NCBI GenBank assembly: GCA_016287155.1
Contig: JAEEWC010000156.1
Span: 1 to 60,705 of the forward strand
From: Clostridia bacterium
Lineage (GTDB): Bacteria; Bacillota; Clostridia; Christensenellales; UBA3700
DNA length: 60,705 nucleotides
Direction of reading: 5' to 3'
The number at the start of each line of letters is the position of its first letter. Within the stretch, counting starts at the first letter, position 1. Below are positions 37,422-50,943 of the stretch, piece after piece. A program made the translations under genes and the position numbers. The notes below the pieces were generated by a model. It was not told the DNA's origin. It saw only the letters and a list, made by a program, of their open reading frames with translations, and ran no database searches.

Positions 37422-37449
37422 ATTATAATCTCAAATTTTGCCAAGTCAA
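37422..37449 (-). promoter_or_regulatory. Promoter of the secreted-protein/ABC-2 operon with flanking 10-nt direct repeats
   Basis: Minus strand: TTGACT (37449-37444), 16-nt spacer, TATAAT (37427-37422). TTTTGCCAAG occurs at 37436-37445 and 37457-37466, 21 nt apart. Confidence 0.6.
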
Positions 37450-37482
37450 CGCAGATTTTTGCCAAGCCATCAAATATAGGAT

Positions 37483-37510
37483 AAAAAAAGATGACACTCG
37501 GCCATCTTTT
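37483..37510 (-). terminator. Terminator after the ferredoxin gene (end of the rpiB-ntp-GH operon)
   Basis: Minus strand: AAAGATG-GCCGAGTGT-CATCTTT followed by a T-run (complement of 37483-37486). Confidence 0.6.
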
Positions 37511-37534
37511 AAAAATCCTATTAATAAATTTATA

Positions 37535-37729
37535 TTAATCCATTGAAATTGCGCTTACTGGGCAATTAGATAATGCGTCCTCTACATTATCTATCATAGC
37601 ATCTGTTGGTTGAGCTATAACGATTGCGTGATCTTCGCCATTCTCTTCTATCATCTTAAATACCTTTGGTTCACACATTACGCATGAGCCACATCCTATA
37701 CATGTATCAATATCAATAACTACTTTCAT
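37535..37729 (-). CDS. Small single-cluster ferredoxin
   Basis: 64 aa, CIGCGSCVMCEP ... CP. Confidence 0.8.
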   Translation of the reverse strand: MKVVIDIDTCIGCGSCVMCEPKVFKMIEENGEDHAIVIAQPTDAMIDNVEDALSNCPVSAISMD

Positions 37730-37737
37730 AATGTCTC

Positions 37738-39462
37738 CTAATTCTTCTCTGTGTTATCTTTTGTTAATTCTGCATTGATAAGCCTCATCTTATCAACATC
37801 TACTTTTACGACTTCCCTATCGTAAGTTACAAAGCCATTGATCTCTTCTTCTACGTCTGTTAATTGTGTAAATATACATGCGCATAAGCCTTGATTTTTA
37901 GCTTTGAATATTTGCTTTTTATATAACTTCTCTATTGCTCTATTTAGAGCATCTTTTGACTTAAATACTAAGTATCCAAATTGTTTTTCGCTATATGTAT
38001 GGTCTTTTACAGCATATGAATAGCCTCCAAACTCAGTTAGAGCTACTGCCTTTTTAGTCTTTGGCATCTTAAATGGAAGGATATATTTATGGATACTAAT
38101 TAAATTATTGCCTTGGTTATACCAACCACTTGTAGCATCTATAACTCTAGTATTATCTAATGCTGTTAGGTGTCTTAGCATAAGTTCACTGTCAAATTGA
38201 CCCCATGCTTCATTAAATATTCCCCATAGACAAATTGATGGCACGTTATATAATTGAGCTACCATTCTGCCTAAATCGGCTTTAAATTCTATTCTAGATA
38301 CATCGTCTCTGCCAAATTTTTCATATTGATTATCTTTAATATCTAAATTTAACAATGGAGCGATGATGTGAAGCCAAGTGTTGAATGCACCACCACCGTT
38401 TATCATATCTTGCCATACAATGATTCCTAATCTATCGCAATGGTAATACCAACGCATTGGTTCAATTTTAATATGCTTTCTTAAACAGTTCAAACCTAGT
38501 GCTTTTGCAAGTTCAATATCATAAATCATTGCTTCATCTGATGGAGGTGTTAATCCACCATCTGGGAAGTAACCTTGATCAAGCGCTCCTGTTAAGAAAT
38601 ATTCTCTATTGTTTAGATAGAACTTATTATCCTTTAATTCAAACTTTCTCATTCCAAAATAAGATTCAACTTCATCAGTACCACACGAAATCTTAATATC
38701 ATATAAGTTTGGATTTTCTGGTGCCCATAATCTTGGGTTTTTGATTCTTATTCTAAATTGAGATAATTCGCTCTCAGCTGATGCTATCTTCTTTCCTTGT
38801 AAAAATACATCGGCTGTATATTTTTCTACTTCATCTGGATTATTAACAGCTACATATAAATCAATAAAGTCACCATCGATATCTGGTTTAATCTTTATCT
38901 TTTCAATGTATGTTTGAGGAACGTTCTCTAACCATACGCTTTGCCAAATACCTGATGTAGGTGTATACCAAATACCACCATGGCTAAGTTTTTGCTTACC
39001 ACGTTGTTGAGTGCATGTATCTGTTGGGTCTTGAACTAAAACGATTAATTCATTATCTCCAACTTCTTTTAGCGCATCTTTGATATTAATTGTGAAATTA
39101 AAATATCCGCCCTTATGCTCTGCTACCTTTATACCATTTAGATAAACAAAGCATTTATAATCTACAGCATCAAAATGTAGAAGCGGAATCATATTCTTTG
39201 CTTTATGTTTGAATAATAATCTATAAACTAAAGTCTGATTTTCTTTGAATTCTCTTTGTACTTGAGATAAAGCACTCTCTATTGCAAATGGAACTAAAAT
39301 CTTTCCTTCGAATTTAAATTGTTGAGGCTTATCGATTAGTTCATTTACCACACAATAATCCCATAGCCCGTTTAGGTTTTTCCACTCACTTCTCTTTAGT
39401 TGTGGTCTTGGGTATTCGTTATGTGGTATTTGTCCTACATCGAATCTTGTCTTTAAAGCCAT
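37738..39462 (-). CDS. Glycoside hydrolase family 2 protein (beta-galactosidase/glucuronidase/mannosidase-like), cytoplasmic
   Basis: N-terminal sugar-binding domain (W..L...W, VYLNG), a TIM barrel with WGIFNEAWG (acid/base NE) and LTEFGG (nucleophile). No signal peptide. Confidence 0.75.
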   Translation of the reverse strand: MALKTRFDVGQIPHNEYPRPQLKRSEWKNLNGLWDYCVVNELIDKPQQFKFEGKILVPFAIESALSQVQREFKENQTLVYRLLFKHKAKNMIPLLHFDAVDYKCFVYLNGIKVAEHKGGYFNFTINIKDALKEVGDNELIVLVQDPTDTCTQQRGKQKLSHGGIWYTPTSGIWQSVWLENVPQTYIEKIKIKPDIDGDFIDLYVAVNNPDEVEKYTADVFLQGKKIASAESELSQFRIRIKNPRLWAPENPNLYDIKISCGTDEVESYFGMRKFELKDNKFYLNNREYFLTGALDQGYFPDGGLTPPSDEAMIYDIELAKALGLNCLRKHIKIEPMRWYYHCDRLGIIVWQDMINGGGAFNTWLHIIAPLLNLDIKDNQYEKFGRDDVSRIEFKADLGRMVAQLYNVPSICLWGIFNEAWGQFDSELMLRHLTALDNTRVIDATSGWYNQGNNLISIHKYILPFKMPKTKKAVALTEFGGYSYAVKDHTYSEKQFGYLVFKSKDALNRAIEKLYKKQIFKAKNQGLCACIFTQLTDVEEEINGFVTYDREVVKVDVDKMRLINAELTKDNTEKN

Positions 39463-39475
39463 ATTACCTTCTTAT

Positions 39476-41881
39476 TTATTTATGCTTTATTGTCTTAAAT
39501 AGTCCTTTAATTAATTTTCCAAAGCCCTTCATTCTATGCTTATTTGCCCAAAGTAGCATTCCATCCATAACATCTTCAGCTAAAAGACCTTGTGTTACGC
39601 CATTTAGACCACGAAGAGGCATTTCAATCATACCTTGCTTGATCATAAGCATTGTTGTGAAGTCGGCATTCTTTACTTGAGATGCAATAACCTTTGGAGC
39701 AACAGCCATAATAATTTTACCAATTAAGCAGCATTGTAAATCTCCAATTGTTGCATTTCTATCAAAGTTTCCTCTCTTTGTTGGAACATTCTCTTCAATC
39801 TCACCTTTGTATAGGCGTTTAAATGCATCTTGAGAGATTGATGTTAATTCTGCAATTGAATAATATTCTGGGCATTCTTCAAGATAGTTTTCAACTTCTA
39901 CATCTTTATCGAAATTCTTAACATCGATATCAAGTGTTAATCTAATATCTCTTGATGATGCACCAACTAGGATTTGATATTTACCATTAAATGCTGTCCA
40001 ATCGTTAATCTTTGTGTTATAGAAAGCAAAGCTACGCTTATCTAATTCGATTGTAATTTCCTTTTCTTCGCCAGCCTTTAAAAATACCTTCTCAAATCCC
40101 TTTAATTCTTTTTCTGCTCTAAATACCTTTGGAGCTAAATCTTTTACATATAATTGAGCAACTTCTGCCCCATCTACCTTTCCAACGTTCTTAACCTTGA
40201 ACGAAATCTTTAAACCATCTGCCTTGATGTCTGAATATTCGAATTGTGTATAAGATAGACCATAACCAAATGGGAATAGAACATCCTTTTTAGCACTATC
40301 GTAATATCTATATCCAACATAGATACTTTCTCTATATTCAACGCACTTTGGTCCCATTGGGAATAATTCAGCATTTATATTATCTTCAAGTTTAATTGGA
40401 TATGTTTCAGCAAGCTTACCTGATGGATTAACCTTACCTGAGATAATATCTAAGATAGCCTCGCCACCTGCTTCGCCTGGTAGGTATGCATTAATTAAAG
40501 TTTTAACTTCGTTAATCCAAGGCATCTCAATAGGAGATCCGCCAAGTAATACAAATATAGCATTCTTATTTACAGCAGCAACAGTTCTAATTAAATCTTC
40601 TTGTGCTGATGGTAAAGATAAATGAGATCTATCCATACCTTCTGTTTCATAATCGTCAGTTAATCCAACAAATACGATAACTTGCTTATCTGTATTTGCT
40701 GCAGCTGCAGCTTCTTCAAATACAGCCTTATTATATCCATCCCCTTGAACTAAATATCCTGGGTGGAATTCATAATTAATATTCTCTTGCTTTAGTGCAT
40801 CGATAAATGTAACAAGCTTGTATGGATTGATTCTTGAAGAACCAGCACCTTGATATCTAAATGTATTTGCAAGTTCACCAATAACTACAACATCCTCTGT
40901 CTTTGCTAGTGGTAGAACAGATGCATCATTCTTTAGAAGTACGATACTTTCTTGAGCTGCGTATCTTGCAATATCGTGTGCCTTTTCATAATCTGCCTTG
41001 TAATCTTTAACAAGGTTTTTATCACACTTCTCTACAAGCTCTAGAACGCGCATTACGACCTTATCTAATTCTTCCATAGATAATTCGCCAGCATTTATAG
41101 CTTTAACGATTTCCTTGTCAGTTCTACCGCCACAAGCAGGCATCTCTAAATCAAGGCCAGCACGTATACCTTGTACTCTATCGTTTACAGCGTTCCAATC
41201 TGAAACAACAAGTCCTTTATATCCCCATTCTGTACGAAGGATGTCTGTTAATAATTTCTTGTTGTCTGAAGAATAAACACCATTTACTCTGTTGTATGAA
41301 CACATAATTGTCCATGGTTGAGCTTTAACAGCCTCTTCAAATGGAGCTAAATATATTTCTCTTAACGCTCTTTCATCAATAACAGCGCTAATTGTCATTC
41401 TTAATTTTTCTTGGTTGTTAGCAGCAAAGTGCTTTAGTGATGTACCAACATTTTCTTTTTGACAAGATTCAATATATGCTCTTGCCATCTTTCCAGCAAG
41501 GAATGGGTCTTCTGAGAAATATTCAAAATTTCTTCCGCAAAGTGGACTTCTTTTAATGTTAGTTCCTGGCCCTAAGATTACAGATACTTCTTGATCTTTG
41601 CATTCATAAGCTATTTGCTTAGCAATTTCCTTAGCAACATTAGGATTCCAAGAAGCTGCCATATTTACAGCTGGTGGGAATGATGTTGCTGGGAAAGATC
41701 TTTTAACTCCAACATCTGTATCTGATTCGTCTTCTTTTCTTAATCCGTGAGGTCCATCTGAAACTCGTGCTGATGGAATAGATAATCTCTCTATAGGTTT
41801 AGTAGTCCAAAAGTCTAACCCCGAACACAATGAGGCTTTCTCTTCAAGCGTCATACTTGAGATAAGTTCCTTTAAGTTCAT
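39476..41881 (-). CDS. Glycoside hydrolase family 3 beta-glucosidase (BglX-like) with FnIII-like and C-terminal extension
   Basis: MTLEEKASL, SDGPHGLRK, KHFAANNQE, GLVVSDWNA (nucleophile Asp), FPFGYGLSYTQF. Confidence 0.88.
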   Translation of the reverse strand: MNLKELISSMTLEEKASLCSGLDFWTTKPIERLSIPSARVSDGPHGLRKEDESDTDVGVKRSFPATSFPPAVNMAASWNPNVAKEIAKQIAYECKDQEVSVILGPGTNIKRSPLCGRNFEYFSEDPFLAGKMARAYIESCQKENVGTSLKHFAANNQEKLRMTISAVIDERALREIYLAPFEEAVKAQPWTIMCSYNRVNGVYSSDNKKLLTDILRTEWGYKGLVVSDWNAVNDRVQGIRAGLDLEMPACGGRTDKEIVKAINAGELSMEELDKVVMRVLELVEKCDKNLVKDYKADYEKAHDIARYAAQESIVLLKNDASVLPLAKTEDVVVIGELANTFRYQGAGSSRINPYKLVTFIDALKQENINYEFHPGYLVQGDGYNKAVFEEAAAAANTDKQVIVFVGLTDDYETEGMDRSHLSLPSAQEDLIRTVAAVNKNAIFVLLGGSPIEMPWINEVKTLINAYLPGEAGGEAILDIISGKVNPSGKLAETYPIKLEDNINAELFPMGPKCVEYRESIYVGYRYYDSAKKDVLFPFGYGLSYTQFEYSDIKADGLKISFKVKNVGKVDGAEVAQLYVKDLAPKVFRAEKELKGFEKVFLKAGEEKEITIELDKRSFAFYNTKINDWTAFNGKYQILVGASSRDIRLTLDIDVKNFDKDVEVENYLEECPEYYSIAELTSISQDAFKRLYKGEIEENVPTKRGNFDRNATIGDLQCCLIGKIIMAVAPKVIASQVKNADFTTMLMIKQGMIEMPLRGLNGVTQGLLAEDVMDGMLLWANKHRMKGFGKLIKGLFKTIKHK

Positions 41882-41895
41882 AATAATTCTCCTTA

Positions 41896-42525
41896 CTATT
41901 TTTGAATGATAGTCTTAACCTTCATCAAACGTACAGTATTTGATCTTTCTGCTTCATCAAGTTTCATTGTAATATCCCCAATTGCTTCTTCAGTTTGAGG
42001 AATCATTACGTATTCTAGCGCGTTAACTCTACGTCTATTCTTTTCAATTTCAATGGCAAGCATGTTACAAGTCTTTTCAACCTCAGCAAGCTCAACCATT
42101 TTTACTAATAATTCTGAAATTGTTGCAATTGAAGAATCTAATTCAGCAGTAACTGACGCAAATGAATAAGGATATTTCTCTGTTGAATCGCTCTCTTCAA
42201 CTGTAATTTTTGGCACTTGTACAGCCATAACATTTGCTGTATCTAATTTTAGAGAAACTTGAGTACCAGGCATTGCAACTGCTTCTTGAATTGCAGCTTC
42301 ATCAGATACAGACTTTGCTAGCAAGAACTTAGTTAAAGCATTTGCTAAATCTACCTCTATATCTTCTCTTAGTCTCTTATCTTCCTTTGCATATCCTACA
42401 AAACGTCTAATCATTTCATCAGACTTATCTTTTAATAGTTTATGTCCACGTGAAGCCATCTTTAAACGTTCTTTTAAACGTTTAAGTTCCATACGTGTAG
42501 GATTTACTCTTAATTTCTCTGCCAT
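41896..42525 (-). CDS. ntpD: V-type ATPase subunit D
   Basis: VNPTRMELKRLKERLKMASRGHKLLKDK is the canonical V/A-type D N-terminus. Confidence 0.9.
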   Translation of the reverse strand: MAEKLRVNPTRMELKRLKERLKMASRGHKLLKDKSDEMIRRFVGYAKEDKRLREDIEVDLANALTKFLLAKSVSDEAAIQEAVAMPGTQVSLKLDTANVMAVQVPKITVEESDSTEKYPYSFASVTAELDSSIATISELLVKMVELAEVEKTCNMLAIEIEKNRRRVNALEYVMIPQTEEAIGDITMKLDEAERSNTVRLMKVKTIIQK

Positions 42526-42534
42526 ATTCTACCT

Positions 42535-43914
42535 TTATTTCTTGATTGGATCGAAGTACTTTTCTAGGTATACATCCTTGATACGCTTCATTTCTGATCT
42601 TGGAAGAATTGTTAATAACTTCCAACCAATATCTAGAGTTTCTTCGATACTTCTATTTTCATTGAAACCTTGGTCAATATATATCTTTTCGAATTCATCA
42701 GCAAATTTAGCATATAGCTTATCTACATCTGTTAATGCAGAATCACCTAAAATTGCAGATAATTCTTTTGCTTCTTTACCTGTTGCGTATGCAGCAAATA
42801 ATTGGTTCATTTGGTTAGAGTGGTCTGCTCTAGTCTTTCCTTCACCGATACCCTTTGCCTTTAGACGAGATAGTGATGGTAAAACGTCGATTGGAGGATT
42901 GTATCCTTTCTTGTATAATTCACGAGATAGGATAATTTGTCCTTCTGTAATGTATCCAGTTAAGTCTGGGATTGGGTGAGTTTTATCATCTTCTGGCATT
43001 GTTAGAATTGGAATTTGAGTAATAGAACCTTTGCATCCCTTAATTCTTCCTGCTCTTTCATACATAGTAGCAAGGTCAGTATATAAATAACCTGGGTAAC
43101 CACGTCTTCCTGGAACTTCCTTTCTTGCAGCAGATACTTCACGAAGAGCTTCGCAGTAGTTTGTAATATCTGTCATAATTACAAGAACGTGCATTCCCTT
43201 TTCAAATGCTAAATATTCAGCTGTAGTTAGGGCCATCTTTGGTGTAGCTAATCTCTCAACTGCTGGGTCGTTTGCTAAGTTAATAAACATAACGCTTCTT
43301 TCAATAGCGCCTGTCTTTCTGAAGTCTTGCATAAAGAATTCAGCTTCTTCGTATGTAATACCTAAAGCAGCAAATACAACGGCGAACTTTTCATCTTGTC
43401 CTAAAACTTTAGCTTGTCTTGCGATTTGCGCAGCAAGTTCAGCGTGTGGAAGACCAGAAGCACTAAATACTGGTAGCTTTTGTCCTCTAACTAGTGTGTT
43501 TAGACCATCAATTGCAGATACACCTGTTTGAATGAATTCATCTGGGTAATCTCTTGCAGCTGGGTTAATTGGTTGACCGTTAATATCCATTCTCTTCTCT
43601 GGAATAATTGGAGCTCCACCATCTTTTGGATTTCCAAGTCCATCGAATACTCTTCCTAACATATCTTCAGATAATGATACTGTTAAGCTTCTGCCTAAGA
43701 ATCTTGCTTTTGATGTAGACATTTGAATACCTTGAGCGTTTTCAAATAATTGCACCATAGCCTTATCGCCATTAACTTCTAGTACCTTACCTTTTCTAAT
43801 TGAGCCATCTTCACCTGCGATTTCTACAAGTTCGTCATATGTTACGCCCTCTACGCCATCAACTAGCATAAGTGGTCCAACGATTTCTCTAATAGTCTTA
43901 TATTCTTTTAACAT
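42535..43914 (-). CDS. ntpB: V-type ATPase subunit B
   Basis: [19 protein letters not shown] prefer the ATG at 43914 (AAGGAG 7 nt upstream) to the track's 43950 start, which overlaps ntpA. Confidence 0.93.
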   Translation of the reverse strand: MLKEYKTIREIVGPLMLVDGVEGVTYDELVEIAGEDGSIRKGKVLEVNGDKAMVQLFENAQGIQMSTSKARFLGRSLTVSLSEDMLGRVFDGLGNPKDGGAPIIPEKRMDINGQPINPAARDYPDEFIQTGVSAIDGLNTLVRGQKLPVFSASGLPHAELAAQIARQAKVLGQDEKFAVVFAALGITYEEAEFFMQDFRKTGAIERSVMFINLANDPAVERLATPKMALTTAEYLAFEKGMHVLVIMTDITNYCEALREVSAARKEVPGRRGYPGYLYTDLATMYERAGRIKGCKGSITQIPILTMPEDDKTHPIPDLTGYITEGQIILSRELYKKGYNPPIDVLPSLSRLKAKGIGEGKTRADHSNQMNQLFAAYATGKEAKELSAILGDSALTDVDKLYAKFADEFEKIYIDQGFNENRSIEETLDIGWKLLTILPRSEMKRIKDVYLEKYFDPIKK

Positions 43915-43924
43915 ATAAATCTCC

Positions 43925-45691
43925 TTACTCGTCCTTGTATGTATCGGCAAGTTGTTGCTTCATTTCTTTTTCGATTTGAGCATACTTTGCATCAACTTCT
44001 GCTTCTACAACATATTTTGCTCTACCAATTGCTTCTTTAGCCTTAATTGAAATAACGTCATTTAGATCTGCGTCATTTTCAAGTGCTTGTAAGCTTTCAT
44101 GGTGACATGTCAAAATAAGTTGTAACATCTTATATTGCTTGTGCATACTTGCGTATGTATCTACATCATCAAAAGCATCTTGTTGTAGATAGTCTTCTCT
44201 TAAAGACTTAGCTGTTTCCATTAATACTCTATCCTTATCTGATAGCGCATCAATACCAACTAATCTTACGATTTCATTTAGAGATGCTTCTTCTTGCAAA
44301 ATAGCCATAGCTTCTGTTCTTAGAGTTGACCATTCTGTATTGATGTTGTCTTTATACCAATCTTCTAATTTATCTAGATATAATGAATAACTTTGAATCC
44401 AGTCGATTGATGGGAAGTGTCTCTTATATGCTAAAGATGCACTTAATCCCCAGAATACCTTAACGATTCTAAGTGTAGCTTGTGTAACTGGCTCAGATAA
44501 GTCGCCTCCTGGAGGTGATACAGCTGAAATAGCTGTAACTGAACCTGTTCTTTCATCAGAACCAAGTGTCTTTACGATACCTGCTCTTTCATAATATCCT
44601 GCCAATCTTGAAGATAGGTAAGCTGGATAACCTTCTTCGCCTGGCATTTCTTCCAAACGTCCTGACATTTCTCTTAGAGCTTCAGCCCATCTTGAAGATG
44701 AGTCAGCCATAATAGCAACGTTATATCCCATATCTCTAAAGTATTCGGCAATCGTGATACCTGTATACATAGAAGCTTCTCTTGCAGCAACTGGCATATC
44801 TGATGTATTTGCGATAAGAACTGTTCTCTTCATTAATGGTTCCCCTGTTTTTGGGTCGATTAATTCTGGGAATTCGTTCAAAACGTCTGTCATTTCGTTT
44901 CCACGTTCACCACAACCTACATATACGATGATGTCTGCATCTGACCATTTAGCTAATTGGTGTTGTACAACTGTTTTACCTGAACCGAAAGGTCCTGGGA
45001 TACAAGCTGCACCACCCTTTGCTACTGGGAAGAATGTATCAATTGTTCTTTGTCCGGCAACTAGAGGAACTGTTGGGTTCATCTTTGTCTTATATGGTCT
45101 GCCTCTCTTAACTGGCCACTTTTGACACATAGTAATATTTACATCGCCCTTTGCTGTCTTTACAACACAAACAGTTTCATCGATTGTAAATGAACCACTC
45201 TTAATTTCTTTAATAGTACCTTCTACTCCAAATGGAACCATGATTCTGTGTTCAACAACCTTTGTTTCTTGAACTGTACCTACAATGTCACCTGCAACGA
45301 CTTGATCGCCCTTTTGCATAACGGCATTGAAGTCCCATTTCTTTTCATGGTCCAAAGCAGCCATAGATACACCACGTGTGATTCTATTACCTGCCTTTTG
45401 AACTAAACCTACAAGTGGTCTTTGGATACCATCATAGATACCTTCAACGATACCAGGTCCTAGCTCAACGCTAAGTGGCATTCCTGTAGATTCAACTTTT
45501 TCACCAGGTCCCAAACCAGAAGTTTCTTCGTAAACTTGGATAGATGCTCTATCGCCACGCAATTCGATAATTTCACCAATAAGGTTCTTATCTGAAACAC
45601 GTACAACGTCGAACATTCTACAGTTCTTAAGTCCTTCTGCCACGATTAATGGTCCTGATACTTTAACAATTCTTCCAACTTCTTTTTCCAT
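43925..45691 (-). CDS. ntpA: V-type ATPase catalytic subunit A
   Basis: Walker [17 protein letters not shown], and the non-homologous region typical of A subunits. Confidence 0.95.
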   Translation of the reverse strand: MEKEVGRIVKVSGPLIVAEGLKNCRMFDVVRVSDKNLIGEIIELRGDRASIQVYEETSGLGPGEKVESTGMPLSVELGPGIVEGIYDGIQRPLVGLVQKAGNRITRGVSMAALDHEKKWDFNAVMQKGDQVVAGDIVGTVQETKVVEHRIMVPFGVEGTIKEIKSGSFTIDETVCVVKTAKGDVNITMCQKWPVKRGRPYKTKMNPTVPLVAGQRTIDTFFPVAKGGAACIPGPFGSGKTVVQHQLAKWSDADIIVYVGCGERGNEMTDVLNEFPELIDPKTGEPLMKRTVLIANTSDMPVAAREASMYTGITIAEYFRDMGYNVAIMADSSSRWAEALREMSGRLEEMPGEEGYPAYLSSRLAGYYERAGIVKTLGSDERTGSVTAISAVSPPGGDLSEPVTQATLRIVKVFWGLSASLAYKRHFPSIDWIQSYSLYLDKLEDWYKDNINTEWSTLRTEAMAILQEEASLNEIVRLVGIDALSDKDRVLMETAKSLREDYLQQDAFDDVDTYASMHKQYKMLQLILTCHHESLQALENDADLNDVISIKAKEAIGRAKYVVEAEVDAKYAQIEKEMKQQLADTYKDE

Positions 45692-45693
45692 TT

Positions 45694-46020
45694 TTAATCT
45701 TCCTTGTTAAACAAAATATCTGTACCAATAGCTTTTTCAACATCCTTCTTGATTCCTTGCATACCATAGCCTGTTGCTCCTTGAGATGAAGGAATTGGAA
45801 TGATCGCTGGATAAGCCTTTGTTTTGTATTTCATCAATAATTGATCAATTTGTTGTGCTAAGTCTTCTGTGATAAAGATAATGGCATAGTCTTTAGCTAG
45901 CTTTCTAACTAGCTTTTCTGCTTCTTCTTGTGTGTCTGCAGAAAAAACGTCCATACCAATTGCTTTGAAAGCAAGTATTAAGTCTTTATCTCCGATTACA
46001 GCAATTTTTCCACTATGCAT
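45694..46020 (-). CDS. ntpG: V-type ATPase subunit F (NtpG)
   Basis: 108 aa. [21 protein letters not shown] is typical of the F subunit. Its position between C and A fits. Confidence 0.8.
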   Translation of the reverse strand: MHSGKIAVIGDKDLILAFKAIGMDVFSADTQEEAEKLVRKLAKDYAIIFITEDLAQQIDQLLMKYKTKAYPAIIPIPSSQGATGYGMQGIKKDVEKAIGTDILFNKED

Positions 46021-47014
46021 AATAATCCCTTAGCCTTTGTTTGATGATATTAACGTCAATCTTATTCTTGATTAGAATTAATATCATACGAACTACTTTT
46101 ATTTCGATTTTCTTTGCTACGTAGTATCCAGCTAGCGGAGCTACGCTAAATACATCGTAACGGTCTTGTTTAAATATTCCAATTAGGTAGTTGTCCCATG
46201 CTGTTTCAAATGGAACTAAATCCTTTGGATTTATAGTCTCTGCCACTTGAGAATATTTTGTATATCTTAATTTTTCAAGTAAAGTATCTATAGGTTGATC
46301 GTATAGCGCTTTAAATGTTGCTAAAGATATATCCCCACCCTCTATAAAGTCTTGTTCATATTGTTTTAAATCAAAACCAATATTTTTATATCTTATAAAG
46401 TTTGAGATGTTTGAAAAATCAATGTTTGCTTGATGGTATTTAACCATACTTGGCGCCTTTGCAGATTTTAGAACTTTGCAAATATCTTTATACATTGCTT
46501 TATCTAAGATAACATCGATAGTTCTTGGGCTCTTATCTCCCATAACTCTCTTTGAATCGATTTCAGATAATGCCTCTGCCATAATTGGAGATAGAGTTGA
46601 ATAATTATCATTAAAGATAAATGTCTTTAAATCTTCAATATCAACTAATCCCTTTGGAGCAAGCATATAAGAAATATCTTCTTGATTATGCATGTATTTA
46701 GCTTTTACAAATGCTTTAGCATTGTGGTAGTCATTCTTCATTAAGAAAGTTTCAAGTCCCATCTTTGGAACAGTGCTCTCTGCCATGAATTCAGATACCT
46801 TTGCATCTTCTGCACTTAGGATTGTTTCAAAGTCGTATGCTTCTGCAATTGTGCCATTACCATAGCCGCTCTCTAGAAGAACTCTAACTGCTTCTTCTAA
46901 AGATTCACTAAATACCATACGGCTTATCTTATCTTGAGATAAAAATCCGTTCTCTAGTGATTTAACACGTGCATTAGAATAGACTAATGAATTGCTCGCC
47001 ATACTACTCTCCAA
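46013..47014 (-). CDS. ntpC: V-type ATPase subunit C (d-type)
   Basis: 333 aa, helical. YSNARVKSLENGFLS is the typical N-terminus. Operon position fits. Confidence 0.8.
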   Translation of the reverse strand: MESSMASNSLVYSNARVKSLENGFLSQDKISRMVFSESLEEAVRVLLESGYGNGTIAEAYDFETILSAEDAKVSEFMAESTVPKMGLETFLMKNDYHNAKAFVKAKYMHNQEDISYMLAPKGLVDIEDLKTFIFNDNYSTLSPIMAEALSEIDSKRVMGDKSPRTIDVILDKAMYKDICKVLKSAKAPSMVKYHQANIDFSNISNFIRYKNIGFDLKQYEQDFIEGGDISLATFKALYDQPIDTLLEKLRYTKYSQVAETINPKDLVPFETAWDNYLIGIFKQDRYDVFSVAPLAGYYVAKKIEIKVVRMILILIKNKIDVNIIKQRLRDYYA

Positions 47015-47588
47015 ACAATATCTTTGCTAATTTTTCTTCTTGCTCATCCTTGATTTGTTCAAATTCAAGGGCGAATGTTAGGTTCTTATCGAACTTCTCT
47101 CCGCAAAGCATAACGCCACCATCAAAGTCTCCAAACTTCTTAGAAAGAGTTAACTTCTTTCCAATAGCTTTAGAGATGCTATCTATTTCCTTTTGAGTGA
47201 TGATCTCTTTGTCCTTTTCACAAATAACAACTTCATCGTTATCATCTGCGCTTGATTTAATCATGTTCTTGATTAAGTCAAGATAAGCCTTCTTATCTTT
47301 AGTACGCATAGTATTTGCTACAGAATCAAAAACTGAATTAACAATCTCTGTCTTTTTAGACAAGATAATCTTCTTGCAGTCAAGATTTGCAACCATTGCT
47401 CTACGCTTTTCGATTTCAACGGCTTGGGCATCTCCCTTTGGAAGAACTTCGTCGGCAAATTCTTTTGCAGTTTGTTTTGCTGCATCTAAAATTGCGTCTG
47501 CTTCCTTTTGGGCTTTAGAGACATTCTCATTAGATACATCTAGCGCATCTTTGATAATCTTCTCTATAATTACTTCCTTATTATTCAT
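47004..47588 (-). CDS. ntpE: V-type ATPase subunit E
   Basis: 194 aa. N-terminal coiled coil with a globular C-terminus. Operon position fits. Confidence 0.75.
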   Translation of the reverse strand: MNNKEVIIEKIIKDALDVSNENVSKAQKEADAILDAAKQTAKEFADEVLPKGDAQAVEIEKRRAMVANLDCKKIILSKKTEIVNSVFDSVANTMRTKDKKAYLDLIKNMIKSSADDNDEVVICEKDKEIITQKEIDSISKAIGKKLTLSKKFGDFDGGVMLCGEKFDKNLTFALEFEQIKDEQEEKLAKILFGE

Positions 47589-47602
47589 ATTTTCTCCTAA
47601 AA

Positions 47603-50059
<2,457 letters not shown>

Positions 50060-50070
<11 letters not shown>

Positions 50071-50383
50071 ACTTTTGAGTCATACTCCCGATAATAAAAT
50101 CTACGGCCTTGTCTACATTCTTAGAAGCCTTCTTTGCCATCTCGTCTGCTTGCTTTTCGCATTCTTGAATTGCTTCTCTTGCAGCATTTTCACCATTAGA
50201 GAAAGCCTTGTTAGCCTTTTGAGCTACTTCAAGTTGAACTCTCTTTTTCTCAGATTCAACTAAGATTGCAGCTTCTTCTTTAGCTTTAGCAACAATTTCT
50301 TTAGCTTTTGTTTGAGATTCTTTTATAATATTCTCTGCCTTTTCTTCGGCTTCGATAATATTGTTAATTACTTCTTCAACCAT
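50060..50383 (-). CDS. ntpF: V-type ATPase peripheral-stalk subunit (G/H-type, NtpF-like)
   Basis: 107-aa charged coiled coil (IIEAEEKAENIIKESQTKAKEIVAKAKEEA). First gene of the ntp cluster, as in Enterococcus hirae ntpFIKECGABD. Confidence 0.6.
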
Positions 50384-50392
50384 AGCCTACCT

Positions 50393-50842
50393 CTATTTGA
50401 AATACTTTTGCTCTATAGCAGTGATTTTATTAACTCTATTTGTATGTCTTCCACCTTCAAATTCAGTTTCTAGCCATATCTTTGTCATTTGTGCAGCCAA
50501 TTCTGGAGAAACAACTCTTCCTCCCATAGCTAAGATGTTAGCGTTGTTATGACGCTTTGTCATTTCTGCTGTGAATAAGTCATGAGCAACACCTGCTCTA
50601 ATTCCCTTAACTTTGTTTGCAGCGATAGAAATACCGATACCAGTACCGCATAAAATAATACCCAAGTCAGCTTTGCCTTGAGATACTTCTTCTGCCACTT
50701 TTAATGCATAATCTGGATAATCTACAGAATCTGTTGAATAACATCCTAAATCTTCAATTTCGATATTTTTTGCCTTTAAAACTTCTTCTACGGCTGGTTT
50801 TAAAACGATACCACCATGATCACAACCAATTGCTATTTTCAT
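50393..50842 (-). CDS. rpiB: Ribose-5-phosphate isomerase B
   Basis: MKIAIGCDHGG, ILCGTGIGISIAANK, RHNNANILAMGGR. Confidence 0.93.
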   Translation of the reverse strand: MKIAIGCDHGGIVLKPAVEEVLKAKNIEIEDLGCYSTDSVDYPDYALKVAEEVSQGKADLGIILCGTGIGISIAANKVKGIRAGVAHDLFTAEMTKRHNNANILAMGGRVVSPELAAQMTKIWLETEFEGGRHTNRVNKITAIEQKYFK

Positions 50843-50878
50843 TTCAACCTCACGTGTTATATCTACATAACATTGAAA

Positions 50879-50909
50879 ATTATACCAAATATTTATTGAT
50901 ATATCAATA
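50879..50909 (-). promoter_or_regulatory. Extended -10 promoter of rpiB(-ntp) overlapped by a perfect 16-bp palindrome
   Basis: Minus strand: TTGATA (50907-50902), 17-nt spacer ending in TGG, TATAAT (50884-50879). The palindrome TATTGATATATCAATA spans 50894-50909. Confidence 0.6.
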
Positions 50910-50943
50910 GGTGTAAAAAAAACGTAAAAAAATGCTTTATTCT

